From Marsupella aquatica (taxonomy: Eukaryota; Plantae; Marchantiophyta): a DNA stretch of 64,000 bases. Shown one piece after another: positions 36,910 to 50,350 of this stretch. Where the stretch lies: the NCBI GenBank assembly GCA_973895155.1, contig OZ316899.1, positions 8,435,241-8,499,240 on the forward strand, written 5' to 3'. The first letter of the stretch is position 1. Each line of letters starts with the position of its first letter. The position numbers and the translations under genes were made by a program. Under the pieces are notes generated by a model. That model was given only the letters and a program-made list of their open reading frames with translations. It searched no databases and was not told the DNA's origin.

Positions 36910-39900
36910 TTAACCAGTAGCAGCCACCACTACAGTAAGGTGATCCAATGTTTCAGAAATGATCAGTATCTGATCAAAAACTCTTTTTTTGGACAAATCA
37001 AACGTCTGATCATTACATGCATTCCAGATAGCCCACAGAATCTGATATATCAAAAAGAGACAAAGTGTGCTCCAAAGGCTCTTCTCAAGCGATAAGAAGA
37101 TTAACTCTACCAGATTCCGATGTGGTTGTATGATAGTACCATTCAGCCAGGTCTGAGCTTCCAACCAACATCTCTGTGCATGTCTGCAGTTAGTGAATAG
37201 GTGGGGGATAGTCTCAATTCTCCCACGACGTAAAATGCAAATTCCATCCAACTTGGCAATTCTCACTGCTCTTGATCCAGAGAACAATCCCTGTGCCAGA
37301 ACCCGCCATAAAAAAGTTTTTGCTCTGGTGGACAGATCTGACGTCCAGACTGTCAACCAAATTTTGCTCCATTCTTCATCAGTATGGCTTACTTCCCATA
37401 TTTTGTTCAGCCTGAGGTGATTTGTTCCTTTAGGTCAAAGCATTTCGTAAACCCGCCAGTTCGGTAGGCCAAACTGTCTCATCCGTGTGTCCTTGTCAAG
37501 CCACTGCCATTGACAAGCGGGGGTATGAAATCCACTTCCATGGAAAGCAGTACCATGGACCATCCTGATCAGTGAAAGACATAAGATTTGATCTCCATCG
37601 GTAATGCCTCTCAAGCGGTTCAACCTGGTATCCAAGTGTCTCCAATCATCCACAGCAAGGGACCAAAAGTCCCCCACCCTCCTGATTCCTAAGCTGCCAC
37701 AAAGCCGGGTCAATGTCACAATGGATGCTTCAGGCAGATCATAAAAATCCTTAGAGCACCGACTCAGATCCTCCAAAATCCAGTGTCCAAGGATCGCCTC
37801 AGCACCGGGATGGAAGATCAAGTTTTCCCTAGCCAGTGCCCAAGCACCCCATAGTTGCCCTGTATAAGACAATTTCCCAAAAGATCATGGTGAACCTAGC
37901 AGCATTAGATCTGTCATAGAATAGTGGTTCCTGCGCACAAATCTGTAGTTTCTCCATTTTGTCAGTCGCAAGTTAACCGCAAAGAGTTTAGCCCACTCAG
38001 TCTCCGAATTATCCAAAGCCCCGGTGAACCACTTACAGAGGAGTGCATCTGAATGACTCCTAAAGTCCTTTAGGCCAAGTCCGCCATCTTGCACAGTTTA
38101 TCCCACGCCACCAGGGGTATCCTCTTACCCCTTGTCTTGTTAGTACCCCAAAGAAAATTCCTGCTTAATGCGATTAATTTTCTAGCCAATGCAGTCGGGG
38201 AGCGCAAAAACATCATGTGATAAATGGGTATAGCCTGCAAGACATGTTTAACAAGCAAGAGGCGACCAGTAAAAGAAAGAAATCGTGAGGATCATGTAGA
38301 CAGGCATGCGCTAATCCTGTCCAAGCAGAAGCCATGTAACTGTGCTTCTGACAGTCCAATGGGGCTCCCAAGTATTTTTGCACTATCCCTACTCACTGAT
38401 AACACACCCAGTCTCTCTAAGCCATCTAGGAATGTCATCCAATCCCAAAGGGATGACAATGGATTTTTTAAGATTGAGTTTTGCTCCAGTAGCACATTCA
38501 TAAGTGTTCAATGTGCTTTTAGCCTGTTCGAATGCTAGCTCAGTTATCGGGATGAACAGACCCATATCATCCGCAAAGAGTCGAAAAGAAATATTCAGAT
38601 CCTGAGTAATCTGAAAGCCTTGTAATCTGCCTGCCTTGATTTCCGCATTACAAAAATCCATTAGCGGTTGAGTCAAAATTGCAAAAAGTAACGGAGAGAG
38701 AGGGCATCCCTATCTCACCCCCCGGCTCAACTAAATATCTTCAGTCCAGATCCCATTTACTAAAGCCTTAGAGTACGCATTGCTTAGTAAAGACTTGACC
38801 AAAAAGATGAAATGAGATCCAATGCCCAGTAAGTGCATTGTTTCCCAGATGTAGGTATGGTCTACCTTATCAAAAGCTTTCTCAAAATCTAACTTCAGGA
38901 ATAGATCCGGTGTATTTGTAACGTTAATCCAATCATTCATCAGCCAAGTAAGGGAGATGTTCTCTAGAATGTGTCTGCCTGGAATGAATCCTGTTTGTTG
39001 TGGGCAGATCAGTTTAGAGAGCGACAATTTTAATCGCTGAGCCAAGAGCTTGGCAATGATCTTGTAAATGATTGTCAACATCGTGAGAGGTCGCCAGTCC
39101 CCCAGCCTTCGTTTATCAGTCTTTTTAGGGATGAAACGGATGACTCCCTCCTTTATCTTGAATGCCAGATGTCCCGTACGCCAAAAGTCCGATACCATGG
39201 CATGCAAGTCATCCTTCAGAAATTCCCAACATGCATGAATACCCTCCGCGATCATCCCATCAATCCCCGGAGCCTTGTCACAAGGTAAAAGTAGCAAGGT
39301 ACCGTGCAGCTCTTGTATCGAGGGAAGAGCCTCTAGTCTTCTGATTTCACTAGCCGTCAGTGCAAACCGAGTATGTTCACACAGTATACGTTGGGCAGTC
39401 AGCATGGCCGATACCTCCTCCGTAGAGAGCATCGGTGGTGCATATAACTCCTCGCAGTGTCTCTACACCTCCTGAATTACTGCCTGTTCTTCCCGGATTT
39501 CTCTTCCTCCTTCCACCACTAGGTAAGCCATGTTTTCTCTCTGCCGCTTTGCCTTGACGGTAGAAAAGAAAAACTTTGAAGTTTCTTCACCTTGGCCAAG
39601 CCATCTGATCCGAGATAGACGTCGACTATGATGTGCCTCCTGATCTCCATTTCACGTACGTTATCTTCCGTGTCCATGAAATTCACAGTGCAGGAGGATG
39701 AGTGATCCTCAACAATAGCTAATTTCAGCATGCATAGCCTATCCTTGATTAGCCGCATCTCTTCCTCCCGAGGTAGGGGTGCAGCTTGTAAATCCATATA
39801 ATATTTCCTTAGCCTTTGAAATGCCAGTGCGAATCTCAGGTGTGGATTGCTGGGGGGATTGTCTTCCAACCAAGCCCCAACAAGAAGTTCTACATTTCCT

Positions 39901-40709
39901 TGTTTCTGTAGGACCGCAGGATTGGCCTTAAAATATGTAGCCCGCCTTTGGTTAGCTCCATCCAGAATTGGTAAGGTAAATCTAAGGGTAAGGATCACTA
40001 GATCGTGATCAGAGAGAGCTGATGTCCCATTGTGTATAAGTGCCAAAACTTCCCCAGTCCAGCTCCCCTTCTCGCTAATGTAAAATCGGTCTAGTCGTGA
40101 CTGTATTAGTCTGCCATGTCTCACCCTTCTCCAAGTGAATTTGGATCCCGTAACTTGGCCCAAAATGCCCAACGCATCTTGTAAATCTAATCTGGTTGTG
40201 AGGAATTGCCAGAATTCTTTCTCACGTCCACAGATCAAGGGAGACGGACCAGTTGAGTCGCCCCGTATTTCTGTCATATTAAAATTGCCTCCCATGATCC
40301 ATCGATCCTGAGGAAGAGCATTCCAAAGATCATCCCATAGTAGCATCCTTTCACTAGTAGAGGAACGAGCATATACACAAATTAATCCAAAATTACCTTC
40401 AGTATGTTCCACTTGGATCCAGACCGCTTGGCCTTTATCCAGCGTGCCTGAAGTTAGCACCTTGAACATGGAATGCAGTAGAATGGCTGTGCCACCTCTG
40501 CCCTCATCCGGGAGAGAGTAAAAATGCTGATATGTAGGTAAAATAATCCTGAGAGCAATGTCCAATCTGAAGCTGTCAGCCTTAACTTCTTGGAGCATCA
40601 AAGCATCGAGAGGAGGTCGGATAGATGAAACCCATTTGGATACCACAATTTTTTGATTTGGGTCGCACAGGCCACAAATGTTCCAAGTGGCCACCTTGAA
40701 TGTTGTCAT
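36910..40709 (-). pseudogene. L1 ORF2 (endonuclease, RT, C-terminal zinc-binding region)
   Basis: ATWNICGL, SRLDRFY, LSDHD, KAPGIDG, WRPLTML, KLDFEKAFD, LFADD, GGLGL and ETIPHLFTNC. Confidence 0.95.
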
Positions 40710-40774
40710 GTAGATTCAAGTCGTGCAAACCACCTCCATGCTCCACCCAGAGGCTAAGCGCCACCACTCACAAG

Positions 40775-43500
40775 TCAGACCTTCTCCTGAAGGGGGCCCA
40801 CCATTGGCTCAGCAGGTACATGCTGCAGCGTCTCTTCAAGTGATTTCATCAAAAGGTTAGGATCCGGTGACCAAATCGACACTACCTTACCCGGGGAATC
40901 AACGCTGTGCATCACACCATCCGGTGGAATGGGGGAGGCCTCATTTGCGCCAGAGATCTCCGAGGTACCAGTCACAGGGTGCTGTAATTCTCTTCTTGCT
41001 TGCCGACCGGGGGTGCACCAACTGTCCTCCTCCTGCAAGTGATGATCAACAACAAATTGTAAGGCACGTTGATTTCTGGCCTTCTTTTTCCCCTTTGTCT
41101 TTTCGTCTAGTGGGGATCGCTTAGCCGATTTCCTTGCTCGGTCCTTTTTAACCGTTATGTGAGAGATGAATCCTTCATACTCCAACACCTCCATGTCAGA
41201 GGGCTTCTCTGCGACAGACAACCCGTCTCCTTCTTCCATTTCCTCTGAGGTTTCAATTCCGGACGTGGTAAATCAGGCTTCTCATTTGGCGCAGCCACAA
41301 TGAGAGGAGTATCAACAGCCCCATGTCCCGTCTGATCATCTGAATTGGTCAGCTTCTTATTCAAGCCCACTGAGGCATAATGCATAGATTGAAGGTCCTG
41401 CATGACCCCCGAGATAGCGACCGCACCAGCCCGAAGATGAAGAGCAACTACTCCCGCCCTTCCTTCATCCGTGCATTCATCTACCTCCCGCACAATTTCC
41501 ACCGAGGGGGGCACAACAATACCCCCCTCCACACTCCCAAATAAAACAAATTCCCCGATACCATTCGCCGGTGTAGGCACACTATTCACCATCAGTGGAT
41601 CACTAGTAATAGTAGGACTGTGGCGCAACTCCAACTTGCTCCACCACGGAACCAAGTGTCTCACCCAGAGCAATGGATCCAGTCGGTACCGCCTCGGCAG
41701 CCACCGGTGGGGCCAGATCCGGAAGATTGACGGGTACAGCATTCGTCGGGTCAACAATCTCATGTAATCTGCAATCCCGAGCAAGATGACCTTTTCTGTT
41801 GCACTTAAAGCAGTGGAAAGGGATATTTTTAAAGATAATAGGCTGCCAAATTGAGAGGTCCGCCTTAATCTGAACCTTCACACTCTGTGGTAGCTCCCTC
41901 TGAGTGTCCCATAGTATACAAACCCGATCCTGTGGATAAGAACTCAAATCATCCCCTTGGATGTAATGCAATATATCTCTAGGGAGGCTGCCAGCTTGCG
42001 ACGACAAGGTTCAAGAATAAGAGCCCTGAACGGGATCTCAATCCACACTGGCAGCAACGTAAAGGATTCATTCCAAATGTCAAAGGAGGGATCCCAGGGA
42101 AAAGTAAACACATATTTCCGGTCCAGAAACCAAGGGGCACCCGCCAATGCAAGGTCACGGTGCTCCAGATTTTTGAAAGCCACCAAGTAGAAATTCTTTC
42201 CCACAAATTTGATTTGTGTCACCGGCCAGTGCATCTCTTTGACAAAGGTTTTCTCCACCCAGAATTTGAAGGTGGGTAACATTGGAGCCCTATTAGTAAA
42301 GTAACACATCATGGCACAATTAAAGAGCTCCGTGATGCTAACCGCATCTTCCTCCAGGGACCATTCGATAGTCGTGTGCAATTTAGATGGCCAGTCTTGA
42401 ACAAAGAGGTCAGCAATGCGCCTAAGTAGAGGGACACAGGGCTGCCTCCGCTGCCAGCTTATCGGCCTCCACTGGGTTCCCCTGATCCGAAGCAGCATGC
42501 CTTACCGGAGTTTGCACAGTAGAGGCAGACCATTGCATTGCATTTGCGTTCCTGTCAGCAGATTCTCCAACAATAGTTGGCTCGTCCTCCATTCTTTCTC
42601 CAATGTCATCATGGAAAGTCGCACCAACGTGGTGTGGCCTACGACCTTCTAGATCATCCATCACTAATCCCTCCTTCTGCTCCTTGTCCTTGCGAGAGTA
42701 GCCATCAGAGTTATCTCTAGAAGGTCGAAGCCCAAACCAGCTCTGGACCGCCACAACAGGCGTGACTGAATAGGCTTATTGGTTACCCACAGGTCAAAGC
42801 TCATGGTTCCCTCCGGAGCGCACATCTTGTCCAGAAAATTGATGTTCCATCTCACGACGGGATGTATCATTGGAAGTGGACACCGGAAAAGAACATTGAG
42901 GTGGTCCCGACTAAACAGTAGGGTCCGCCCAATATCCAGCACCTCCCTCTGCATCGCGCCGAGAGGTCTTTTCTCTCAAAAAAGCCGGTCCAGCTCCACG
43001 GCCCTGATAGCCATAGTTTGGGCGAGTGTGCTCCATAAGGTACCAAATGTAGCCCGGTCTAGAGGAAAACAGCAATTCCCACCGTTCCAAAGGAAGAATG
43101 ATGCACTTTATAGGTGCAAGTTCTGATCAAAGATAGAGGATTGGCTAAAGTAGTAAATTTCAGCACTCCACTGGCATCCCAAGTTCTCATTGATGATGGA
43201 AATTAGATAGCGTTCAAGAAGAAAGATCTCACCTCCCCGCCAGAAGCTCCCCCTGATGATGATCCCAGGTGCAGACCCAAGTGCCGTGTATGCCAGGGAT
43301 AAATCAACACTTCAATCGAAAGCAGGTGACCCTCCAAACCAGAAGCTTATTTTAGCAGATTCCCTAAACCAGTCGTTGGTATCGAGATTAGATTACTCCA
43401 CACATAGCTTCTTTCACAACGCCCAGATGCTTCATCCGCATAAGCCTTTTTCACTCCCTCGACCACAACCACCAGCCACCTTAGGGTTGACCAAAACCGC
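40775..43500 (-). pseudogene. L1 ORF1 (DUF4283-like region plus CCHC knuckle), frameshifted; start approximate
   Basis: FYLVAF...ALAGAPWFLDRKYVFTFPWDP...LPVWIEIP and PFHCFKCNRKGHLARDC. Confidence 0.82.
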
Positions 43501-43775
43501 GGCCACGGGCCAAGCACAGTGCCCTATTCCTGCGGAAAAGTCCTCCGGATACCAAAAACTCACAAAAAAGCCCGGTTGATAGTAGAAACACCTCCGTCTA
43601 GGAGATAAGCAAGATTAGTACCTTTAAATCATCCAGTCCTTCAGAAAACCCCGACAAAGATCCACACCCTAGTGCTCGTCAGCTCCATTAGTACTCCGCT
43701 TCAGCTCCAATTAAGTCCAACCCAGGATAAACCTTAGTTAAGTCTACCTCAGGTTCAGTATCAACACACCTACCA

Positions 43776-45190
43776 TGTGTATATATATAAACCCTACTAT
43801 ATAGAAAGGAAGTGATTCTTTGCTTGGTGTAGTTTGACACGTTATCAACACGACTTTGCTAGACACATTTTTTTAGGAGATTCACTTGTTGAGCACTTAG
43901 GCATTTTTCTTTCTCTTGATACCACCTTCTCATGTAGATTGCAATTAGAACTTTTGAGAATTGATGGAGAATTGATGATACAAATCTGTTCAAGAAGGAT
44001 CGACTGCAATTTCACATATTTAAAATGAGTTTGCCAGAGTCTCCTCACATTGATTACACCAGATGCTACTTTGAGTGATCAAAATAACGGCCTAAAAATG
44101 GTTATTGGAGCAGAAATCACAACACAAGACATTGAGATCAAACCAGAAATTGAAGGATAGACAAAATCAATTAAGGAGAAAGCAAAGAGGGGGTAGAATT
44201 GCCCAATCTTGACAGATTACAACTCCACCAAATAATGACTTTACCCATCTACCAGGTCTCTTCTTCCTCTAAATCAAAACTTACAACATAAATTGCAACT
44301 TTACAATTTTCCATTGAGGAATAGCTCCATCACCCAAATTGAGAATCAGTTGAGACCTGAATATAAATCATGGCTACAAATACAATAGAGAAACTTCTCT
44401 TCCAAGCATTACATAAACATAGACGGCTCCAATTACCTTTCCCGGTCACTGGATATAGAGGCACATCATGCACCTAAGGACCTCCAGGATACCATACTAA
44501 CGGACAATGGGCCTACCTTACAACAAAAAGCTAGAGCTTTAAATCCTAATAAGACATCATTTGGCTGATTCCCTAAAAAGGCAATACGTGAATGAGTACA
44601 ACCCCTGCCTCTTATGGGATGAACTCCAATCACGGTTCAATCATACACAAACCATATTCCTTCCTGCAGCACGGTGTGATTGGGTAAATCTTTGAGTTCA
44701 AGATTACAAGACAATTGTTGATTATAATAGTGAGTTATTCCGCATTGTCTCCCAACTAGCCATTTGTGGCCAGCCGGTGGGAGATGAATTGCAAATAAAG
44801 AAAACCCTGTCTACATTTCACTCTACCAATCTGATACTGTCCACGCAATATAGAAATATGAAGTTTACCAAATACTATGAGCTCAACACATGCTATTAGC
44901 TGAAAAACACCAGACACTCCTATTACAAGATACCAACGAGACACCACTAGGCACCCTTCCCCCACAGCCAAACCCAAAGACTTACCTTACACAAAATACA
45001 TATGGAAATGCCCCTTGAGGAAGAGGCACTTTTTGGGGTAGGGGAACGTTTAGGGGAAGAGGAGGCTACCCCCAAAGAGGTACGTGGCAAAAAGATCAAC
45101 GAGGGGTCGAGGAAGGTTGAGATACAATAACTTCCGGAATCAGGGGAGAAGAGGCTCTGAATACCCACAAAGGAGAAGAGGCTTTCTAGG
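43776..45190 (+). mobile_element. 5' part of a second Bianca-like Copia (LTR end, PBS, leader, gag)
   Basis: ...tttgaca (43839) is followed by cgttatcaacacga, resembling the Bianca-type gttatcagcacg PBS. A gag homolog lies downstream. Confidence 0.75.
44370..45185 (+). pseudogene. Copia gag remnant, absent from the ORF track
   Basis: MATNTIEKLLFQAL...DGSNYL...LKRQYVNEYNPCLLWDELQSRF...YNSELFRIVSQLAICG...TQYRNMKF plus an RG-rich tail; colinear with the gag at 30015. Confidence 0.88.
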
Positions 45191-48100
45191 TGTTTTAGGG
45201 TTAGTGTATGTTTGTGAGGGATAGTCATATCTCTTTGTGTTGGCTCAAAGGTCTCATCTTTTGATGTGGAGCCTTTCAAGCACAAGCTCTAGCGGCTATG
45301 GTGTGGTTGTCTAGGTTGTGTGTACATAACATGGATTCCTTGAGGCTTAAGGTGTGTTTGGCTTGACATAAGTGTGTGATTGCATTGGGCAAGATTGTGT
45401 GTTTGATTGGCATCAATCGTTGTTTGATTGCTCTTGAAGATTACATCAAAAGGTTGGCTTCAAACTTTGTTGTGCGGACTGTGCAGACAAAAGTTTGATT
45501 TCATTTTGGTTTTGTTGTGGACAATTTGTGGTAGTTCGGATCGGGTGTTGTTCTTGAACGGATTGCTTGTATCTCAATCTGTTGCAAGTTGATGCGGCGC
45601 TTGCATGGAAGTGAAGCTTCAAGTTGTTGTTGCTAAGTTGTAGTTTTGGAGTTGTTGTCTTCGCTGATATGCATTGTTGCATCGTGGAGGACTGATTGTG
45701 TGATCGACAAGTGGATGTTGCTGTCAACAGTTGTCTACAAGATAGATGATGTCGTTTGATCCTATTTTGTGAAGGGAAAGTAGTCGGATGTGTGACTCTT
45801 TGTGGTTTTGATTGAGGCAGTTCAATTGGGAGTCCGACAGTTGATTATGTTTACAATTTTTGTAGGATGCAGTTCTGATTTGCATCAAGTTCCTTGTTGA
45901 TGGATAATACGTTTCTATGAAGGAAATGACATTGAATGTTGGTGAATTGTGTTGGCGGCGCGCGACGAGATAAGGCACCGCGGAGAGGCGAGGCGGCTAT
46001 GACTTAGAGCATAGAGGAAACGACAAATTGTGAATAGTGATTTGCCCGTCAATTGCGCCGTGTTTAGCGCATGACTTGAGCAAAGAGAGTCTTGGTGGGG
46101 AGGCACTCACAGCCCGTGACCTGTGGCCTCTTGCAGCTTGGCTAGCACCCACAGCCCACGGCCTGTGGCCTCTCATAGTTTGGTTTGTGTGGGTAGACAT
46201 CCACAGCCCGCGGTTTGTGGCCAATTCACCTTGGTTGTGTGGGTTGGCACCCACAGCCCACGACCTGTGGCCTCTCGCTGTTTGGTTTGCGTGGGTAGAC
46301 ACCCACAGCCCACGGCTTGTGGCCAATTCATCTTGGTTGTGTGGGTTGGCACCCACAACCCACGGCGTGTGGCCTCTTGCAGTTTGGGTTGCGTGGGTAG
46401 ACACCCACAGCCCACGGCCTATGGCCTTTCACGGTTTGGTTGCGTGGGTAGTCACCCATAGCCCATGGCCTGTGACCAATTCATCTTGTTTGTGTGGGTA
46501 CTGGAAATGGTTGTTTCAACATTTGGATGGTCCACCCATGGATGATTATCATGAGTTTTGGAAGATCCATTTGGCTAATATTGAGATATTGGTCACCCAA
46601 CTATGTGTCCATCACTTACGGCACAAGTGCAATTTCTCAACATGTTGCTCCAAGTGTTGCTTCTTCTAGTAGCACTAGCCAGAGTGACACTCCACCAACA
46701 TCCACCATTACTCCTACCAGTGCAATTGTGGGTGGGAGTGGAGTTGTGCCAATATTTAACCCTGTGGCAAAGTTCTTTGATGTGTTGAAGCATAACTACC
46801 AAGGTGTGAGAACTGATAAGTTGAAGTGTCTTCAAGATTTTTAGCGCAAGACTGGAGAGAGTCTACGCAAAGCATACACTCATATGTGAAGATTAATTAC
46901 AATCACCAAGGGAGTGATAGACGCCCAAGCAGTTTAATTTTGGATAGAGAGTTGTGGCGTAGAGTTAGAGACGCCATTCTATTGAGAGATTCAGATCCCA
47001 CATTGGTTGTTGTTTTTGCACTTGTTGAGAGCATTGAGAAGGTGAATGAGAAGGTGGTGACTTCCGGATTTGTCAAGGAAGGCCCACCAAAGGTTTCATC
47101 TACACCCACATTGCAACCTACTGCAAGGAAGAGCCAGAGGGAGAAGCTTACAACATGGGAATCTACTAGTCAGAGACTTGTGCCCTCCTATGCCGGACAG
47201 TAGTCAGGATGTTGGACTTGTGGTGGGGATCATGCACAAAGATATTTCCCGAATAATAGAGGGTCCAAGGGGCATCTATGCCTGATCAACGATTGCGTGA
47301 TCATTGTGGAGTTTCTGGTCACACCAAGGATAGGTGTTTTATACTCCATCCTGAACTACGACGGGGAGGATTGCGTACGTATGATTAGGGAAGAGGAGAT
47401 AGAGGTGGTTGCGGCCGAGGTATGCCACATGCAGGGAGACAAGGAGGTGATGCTCCTGCCACTACCATTAGATCCAAAGGATGCAAAAATTGCTCAATTG
47501 GAGCAACAACTAGCTGCCATGGCCAGTTATCAGGTTAGACCTACTTTTTGTGATGGAGCTTCTAATGGAGCTGTTGGAGACTTGGCTGCCATGGGATTCA
47601 TGTGTGGCACTGCCCATGTTGATGCATTGGCAGCTTTGACTCGAGGAGCAACAAAAGCCCTTGAGCCCCAAGGAGCAATGGTAGAGTTGGATCCTCAAAG
47701 GGGGAGGCTTGTTGTTAAACGAAGCTTCCCCAACCGTTTACATTGTTAGAGGCAGTTCACACTACCTCTATGAATCCGATTAAGACAAATCCAAGTGTTG
47801 ATAAGTTGGTAGAATCGGATGACGTTGCAACAGGGCTAGCAAATACCTTGCTAGGGGTGGCCACTAACATTGTGCGCACCCCATTATTTTTAGCAACGGA
47901 TATATTGGCATTGGGAGTTAGTTCAACTGAAGTGTTCAAATTGGCGGACACATTATGTGAAGACACTCCAGTTGTTGCTTCTCGTGTAGAGACAATGCAT
48001 AATTCTGAAGTTGTGGAATTGATTCCACCTATTGCTAGTGGTGAAACATGGCAAGCAATAGCGGCAAGGTTGATGGAGTTACCAGCACGCCCTGCATTTG

Positions 48101-48441
48101 AGAGAACTAGGTTTAAACCTAGTGTGGTATCATTGGATAATCGGAGTGGAAGCTTTTGATTAGTTGGGCCTTTTGGAGCGACATACCAACCAGAACGAGT
48201 GTTGCTGGATACTTGTGCTTAGCCCTTGATGTTGGGTAAGTTTGCGATACAAGGATTGGGATAGCATCCAAATGATTTGGAGTAGTGTCCCTTTCCCATT
48301 CAAACTTCATTGGGAGGACCTACACCCAAATAGCATATCACCAGACAAGCACTTGAACTTAGGATTCAAGAGGATCATCCAAAGGATAACTCGTGGATCG
48401 AGGCTCAAGCTATTTTGACTAAGGCTGAGTCATATGATGTG
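45191..48441 (+). mobile_element. Degenerate Gypsy-like remnant (LTR/leader, gag, two Zn knuckles, protease)
   Basis: A possible TG start at 45191. Gag-like FFDVLKHNYQGVRTDKLKCLQDF, knuckles CWTCGGDH and CDHCGVSGHTKDRC, and protease-like RVLLDTCA*PLMLGK near 48190-48240. Confidence 0.7.
46100..46500. repeat. 102-bp-period minisatellite (two ~51-bp subunits) with embedded GTGGGT-n4-ACCCAC hairpins
   Basis: cacccaca(g/a)cccac recurs at 46146, 46248 and 46350. Confidence 0.9.
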
Positions 48442-49277
48442 TGTCGTCGGGGTGGAGCACAGGGAAGCTAGCAACAAACCCAAGCCAGAATTATGCATCC
48501 AGACCAGTCTTCTCCCTTGATGAGTGTTGTGCTTGGCTTAAGGCGAGCAAACTAACGTTGAAAACTAGTTGACAATCCTCTTTTGAGGGAACCCTTCTAT
48601 AGCCCTGGGTTACCAGGCTTCACACCAATGTAGACTCATTACCAATAATATTTCCTACGACCCTTGCACTACTGCTACTGCATGGAAAGCCCCTTAGAGA
48701 TTCAAAGGACTTATCCACCATTGATCAAAAAGGGGTACCAAGGCACAGATTAATTTGCGGAAGACATGGCTATGCATAGTTCTTGTGGTCCTGACCTTTA
48801 GTTTTGGAGTCCTTTTTACAGGCTTTCGCACCCGACGTCCTATCATGATGGTATCCGGACTAAGTATAGGGCTATGAGTTTGGTCTGGGTTTATCTTGGA
48901 CGTCCACTCAAAGCACTCTACTTTGTTTGAACCTCCACCGGGGTACCTTTCCACTCTGACCGCGGGATCACAAGACAATACTCAATAGCAGAGGCAAGCT
49001 TTCCGACAATATCCAAACCACCCGGGGGATAGGGGAAAAGGGGAGACTACCTCTTTTCCCCCAACCACCCCCAGACAATGCGTACTCTACTCGGGGCAAT
49101 ATACAAAAGGCCTCCATCCGATGGGTGATTCCAGAGGATGTAGACAAGAGGTAACGTGTGGGGGTTAATTTCCAGCTAGACTCCTAAGCTTACCTTGACA
49201 TTGCAACTCTTCATCCTTACTCCTGTTGTAGGCGAGACACATAGTCATAAAATGGTCTAGCTCATCCGACCTTGACA
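48442..49277 (-). mobile_element. Probable LTR inserted into the protease remnant
   Basis: Termini tgtcgtcggggtggagc and gctcatccgaccttgaca are imperfect inverted repeats with TG..CA ends. No TSD found. Confidence 0.45.
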
Positions 49278-49506
49278 CCGGTTTGGACAGTCTACAATAC
49301 AGGGGAAAATAGCCTCTTGTTGTCACTATTGTTAGTATCCAAACCTTACTTCCTCAACAACAATCTCCACTGGGAATTCAACAAGGACTGACTTATCAAA
49401 ACCTAGCTTCTGCAATTTTGCTTGCAAGAATGCATGCCATGTAACTGAATAATGTTCTCCCCCCTTTCCACTTCAGTCCAGGGGTTTACATACTTTACAA
49501 TCTGTT

Positions 49507-50350
49507 CTAAGAATGGGGCAATGGCCACCTTGTTCCTAACAAGCTATTTCCTCTTCCTAACCTAGTTCTATTCGCCGATCTTTCAACCTTCTTGTAAAGC
49601 AGGCAACACCCAAATTCTCTTTCATGCGCGGCCTCCCACTCGGCTGCCTCTGTATCCCTTGCCATCACTGCATCAATTCAACAGCAAGCCCAGCGCTGGC
49701 AACGCAGCTCATTCCGCTATCTTAGGCATTGTTCTTCCCTTTCCCCCGGCGTCTCGCCTGCGATCACCCATCAGTTGCAGTATTCTTTGTAAACATTAGG
49801 ATCCCACTCGTCCTCCAGCTTGATTTCTTCATCCACGGTGTCAGGGTTGGGTTGGTGTACCATGAGGTACGCCCAAGTTGGCGCTGGTGGTCCTCCACAT
49901 CTAATTATGGGGTCCTCCCCCCTCAAAAACTCGACGTCAATTAATAGATTGTACATCCGTGCGGCTGCTGGCCCCGCATGACAAAACAACTTCCACATAA
50001 TGATACCTTTACACTGCATCTCCCCATTAAGATCCACGTCAACCTTGCCTGCTCGTCCGGATTGATCCACTACCTCAATTAAGAAATGCGCAAAACAATA
50101 CCACCAAAAGTAGCGGGGATCCGCAAGTGAATGCCCGAAAGGATATCGACCTGTAAGGGCATTTATCCATCGCCTGAGTTGAGCCAGAAAGCTTAATAGT
50201 GGGTCAGCCTCATGTTGGGGCAGCCGCATTTTGACCCGAGGATCATGCTGCCATATCGAGTGATATATAGCTATAGGGTTGGTCTCCAAGTATAGACCAA
50301 ACCCGTCCTCATCTATAAGTTCCCGGAAGAATTGGTGTGGTGTCTAGAAG
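49507..50350 (-). pseudogene. Orphan ORF of unknown function; frame continues past premature stops
   Basis: ORF 49771-50289 extends in frame upstream (HQFFRELIDEDGFGLY) and downstream through TGA/TAG stops. Confidence 0.5.

Larger units (their letters stand above)
36872..43775 (-). mobile_element. L1-type LINE, near full length and degenerate; 3' end cut by the LTR-like unit
   Basis: ORF1 followed by ORF2 (EN-RT-zf) on the minus strand; the 5' boundary is approximate. Confidence 0.9.

Noticed and set aside
43785-43815. Helitron-like 5' end (cctactatatag)
   Set aside because: It is followed by an LTR end, a PBS-like site and Copia gag; I found no 3' hairpin-CTAG.
46037-46669. 210-aa Trp-rich ORF and overlapping antisense ORFs
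   Set aside because: Artefact of a repeat whose 102-bp period is a multiple of 3.
49324-49340. CACTA pentamer as the left TIR of CACTA #2
   Set aside because: There is no A-rich TIR continuation and no subterminal repeats, and the partner end is outside the window.
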